Shown: in pieces, positions 60,965 to 64,000 of the stretch
Layout of the letters: the number at the start of each line of letters is the position of its first letter
Position numbering within the stretch: position 1 is the stretch's first letter
NCBI RefSeq assembly: GCF_009914755.1
Contig: NC_060927.1
Length of the DNA stretch: 64,000 bases
From: the human T2T-CHM13v2.0 reference genome, Homo sapiens
Reading direction: 5' to 3' (one strand)
The notes under the pieces: model-generated
What the model saw: only the letters and a program-made list of their open reading frames with translations
Told to the model about the DNA's origin: nothing
Database searches by the model: none
Program-made: the position numbers and the translations under genes

Positions 60965-61535
60965 AAAAACCCACATCATGACTTTCCTGGACAAAAGTGC
61001 AAGAGCCTTCAGTGGCAAACATTGTGGGCCAGCTCTCCAAAAACCATCAACCAAATCCTCTCCCTTTCTCATCTCCAACTATAGAGGCTGGAAGCTCACC
61101 TCAACAGTCTCTCTTACAATGAGGAGTAGTCACATGACTTGGTTTCAGTCAACACAATATAAGAAGGCTAATGGAGACCTTCTTTGGAAGATTTTCTTTA
61201 ACAGTAAAAGCAGATGAGACAGCATTTGGAGAAGACAATTTTTTTTTCTAGATTTTACCCAAGCAGCCACCTTGCCTCCCATCTTTGAATTTGGTAATAA
61301 TGTCTGGAGCTCTGGCAACCATCCTGTGACTATGAGATGACAAACATATGGAGAAGTCAATCTGCTGGGGATACTGGAAAGAAAGGACAGAAAGGCCTAG
61401 ATCACCCTAAGCTGCTGAACCCACCCTGGAACTACTCACTCTCAGACCCCTTGTTGTGAGATAACTAAATATCCTCATGGTTTAAGCCATCGTTAGTCTG
61501 GCTTTTTGCACCTGAACATATCCTAACTGATACAT
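60965..61535 (+). mobile_element. Old MLT1 (J/K/L-like) LTR
   Basis: 3' end ggtttaagccatcgttagtctgg...catatcctaactgataca. Confidence 0.55.
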
Positions 61536-62133
61536 GTCCTAAACTGAGTATCTGGGTCCAGTCTTTCCCCAGCATGCTCCCTCACCTGCCATTTTAATAA
61601 TCCTTCTACCTCCCAGATCTGATCATATAATTTCTAGTCTGAAAAATCTCTGAGGATAAGTCTTTGACCAAGCTCCCCACCCACCAAGGCTCCTTCATCT
61701 CTTGCCACATCAAACACCTTGATAGTTCCTAGACACACTATACTCCTTCATGTCTCTATCCTCTGCATGTGCTATGCCTCTGCATTAACTGCTCTTACCC
61801 TTCCTGCTTAACTCTGCACCAAAAGATCCCTAAGGCACAGTTAGTCACATTTTCCCCAGTGCTTATATAGCTGTGATAGACTATATAACTATTCACTCAT
61901 ATTCTCTCGGAGGAGGAATGCATCCACATCCTGCTACACCTGACTTTCTTTGACCAATGAAATCTGAGTAGAAGTAACATGTGTTACTTTGGGACAGAAG
62001 TTTTAAGAGCCACGGCATGGTTTCCCATGTTCTGTCTTTCCTGCCTCTGGGATGTAGAAGCAAGTACAGAGGAAGCTCCCTTATTGACACATAATGGACA
62101 TGTAGCATTAGCAGGATAGGAGTCTTGTTAAGT

Positions 62134-62330
62134 CAGAGGCAGACAAAATTTTCTGTAAAGACCAGATAGTAAACATTTTAGGCTTTGCCTAAATGGAACA
62201 AATATGGTCTTTGTCATGTATTCTTCCTTTTTCAACAAGCATTTAAAAATATAAAAACCAGTCTTAACTCACAGGACATATAATAATAGGTCACAACTTG
62301 ATTTGTCCCACAGGCTGTATTTTGCCACTG
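62134..62330 (+). mobile_element. MER58-like hAT-Charlie MITE inside an MLT1 LTR (about 61875-62400)
   Basis: ttttctgtaaagaccagatagtaaacattttaggctttgc. Confidence 0.7.
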
Positions 62331-64000
62331 TTTTAGGCTGTATTTTGCCACTGTTTTAAGCTGTTGAGAATTTCAGGTTACTTATTACATGTTACAGTAT
62401 TTTGCATATACATTCTAGCCTTCATCACTCTGTAACAGAATTATAAGCTTCATTAAGACAGGGGTTATGTCCTTCATGCTTGCTGTGCTCACTTGTAGGA
62501 TGTGTCAGCTAGGAAGGTAATTGCTGAGTGAATAACAGACGTTTTCCCCATAGGACTGTGAGCTCAGGGAGCAGAAACCATGGCTTTTCATCTTATATCT
62601 ATCCCAGCAATGCCTGACCTGTGATAACATTTGAAGAGCCTTGGAGCCTTTGATAAACTTTACACTGAATCAGGTTTTTTCTTGTTGTTATCATCAGAGC
62701 AGGTGCCAAATATCACTTGAGAAACAGAAATTCACATAGCCTGTTTGTTTGCAAGATGAACATGTGACCTTCTGTGTCATGTACTAAAGTCCATGCCTGA
62801 AATCTATTAACTATAATTAAATGAGTTTTGTTTTTTCTTTTCCTTTTTTATTTGAAAGCAGAGGAGGCAAGCGGACATGGAAGGTTTACATTAAAATAAG
62901 GGTTTTTGAAAAGGTCAAGAAATCTGGAATGGTGGGTTCAAGGGTAAGTTCAGTTTTACCAAATTCCCTCAAGAGTCATTTTGTAATGTGATGGCACAAT
63001 ATGGACCTTATTTGGCAAGTGACAGTATTTAGGGCAAATGTTGACTGTGTCTCACCCCATGTACCACTGAATCGGGGTCTGTTTCCTTGGATGGTTTCAA
63101 AGGCTGCAAATAAATGGAGAACAAGACCTGAACATGTGTCATGGCACATGCCATCAAAAGATAGTCTTTCAAATGGAAATATATTTAGACTTAAAAATAT
63201 ATAGCATTTGCAAAACCAAGCATAGCAGAATATGTGAGTACTTTCTATTCTGCTTCCTCATCAAAGCAAACTCCTGCCAGCATGCTTACTATAAATAAGT
63301 GCAAACCAACCTCAATCTTAAAACATTTAATTCACCTATATTGAGAAAAATGAGAAGATGAAAATTTTAGTTTTCTGAAAGCTTTTTTTTCTGATCACAT
63401 TTTCAGTACACTTTGTCTCATGCATCTTAAACATCATTTGGCAATTCTGTGTTTCTTTTCTGGAAGTAAATAAACCTTCTAGCGCAAGCAAAGAGAAAAA
63501 TAAAACATAACAAGGCTGCCCCTCTGTGGTGACATGCTTTCACACCCACAGCAGCCAGCCCATTCTCACAGGCTCTACTAATTGCAGCTGCATTCCACTT
63601 CCTAAAATATGGAAATTTTATACACTTACTTTTAAATTAATGCTGCAGGGTTTTAATTTAACCATAATCCCTCTTAAAGATAAGAGACTAATGGACATAT
63701 TTACATTATATCAATAGAGATAGACACTGAAAAATATTTCAGCACTATTATATTTAAAGTATTTTTTAAAGAATGACATCAAATCTCTGTGGATTATCTT
63801 TTCAGTCATAAAATCATTTTATAGTCACTGAAAATAATGGGAGTACATGAATGCCCTAACCACACAATTGCTTTAGTGAAGAGAAACTAGACTAGGCTAG
63901 GATCCCATTCTGAGCTCACTAGCTTCTGTGTCTGAAGGCTGCTAGCCTCACCAGTATGCCACCAACCTGTGCTGCTTCTTTATTTGACACTAGGAAAATA

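Overview
This is AT-rich primate (human-like) non-coding DNA, intergenic or deep intronic, and mostly transposon-derived. I find no host protein-coding exon, CRISPR array, tRNA or rRNA. Every recognisable ORF is a decayed LINE-1 ORF0/ORF1/ORF2 piece, a Tigger1 transposase piece, or an Alu/LTR read-through. Landmarks: a TSD-bounded L1PB (12799-21982) carrying a nested younger L1PA and a MER11C LTR; an L1MA (30.6-35.1 kb) split by AluJ, THE1D and AluY; a 5'-intact L1PA4-like element (42389-48113, minus) with antisense ORF0; a tailless U6 retropseudogene (49738-49841); a near full-length Tigger1 (51499-53895); ten Alus; many MaLR/ERVL/ERV1 solo LTRs, L2/MIR relics and microsatellites. Subfamily names come from recalled consensus features and need RepeatMasker/Dfam confirmation. 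I cannot support a new multi-gene system here. The best unexplained signals are a probable gene-conversion tract shared by three neighbouring Alus, an 86-bp locally templated insertion with a circularly permuted start and a palindromic junction, and a duplicated ETS+RUNX motif module.
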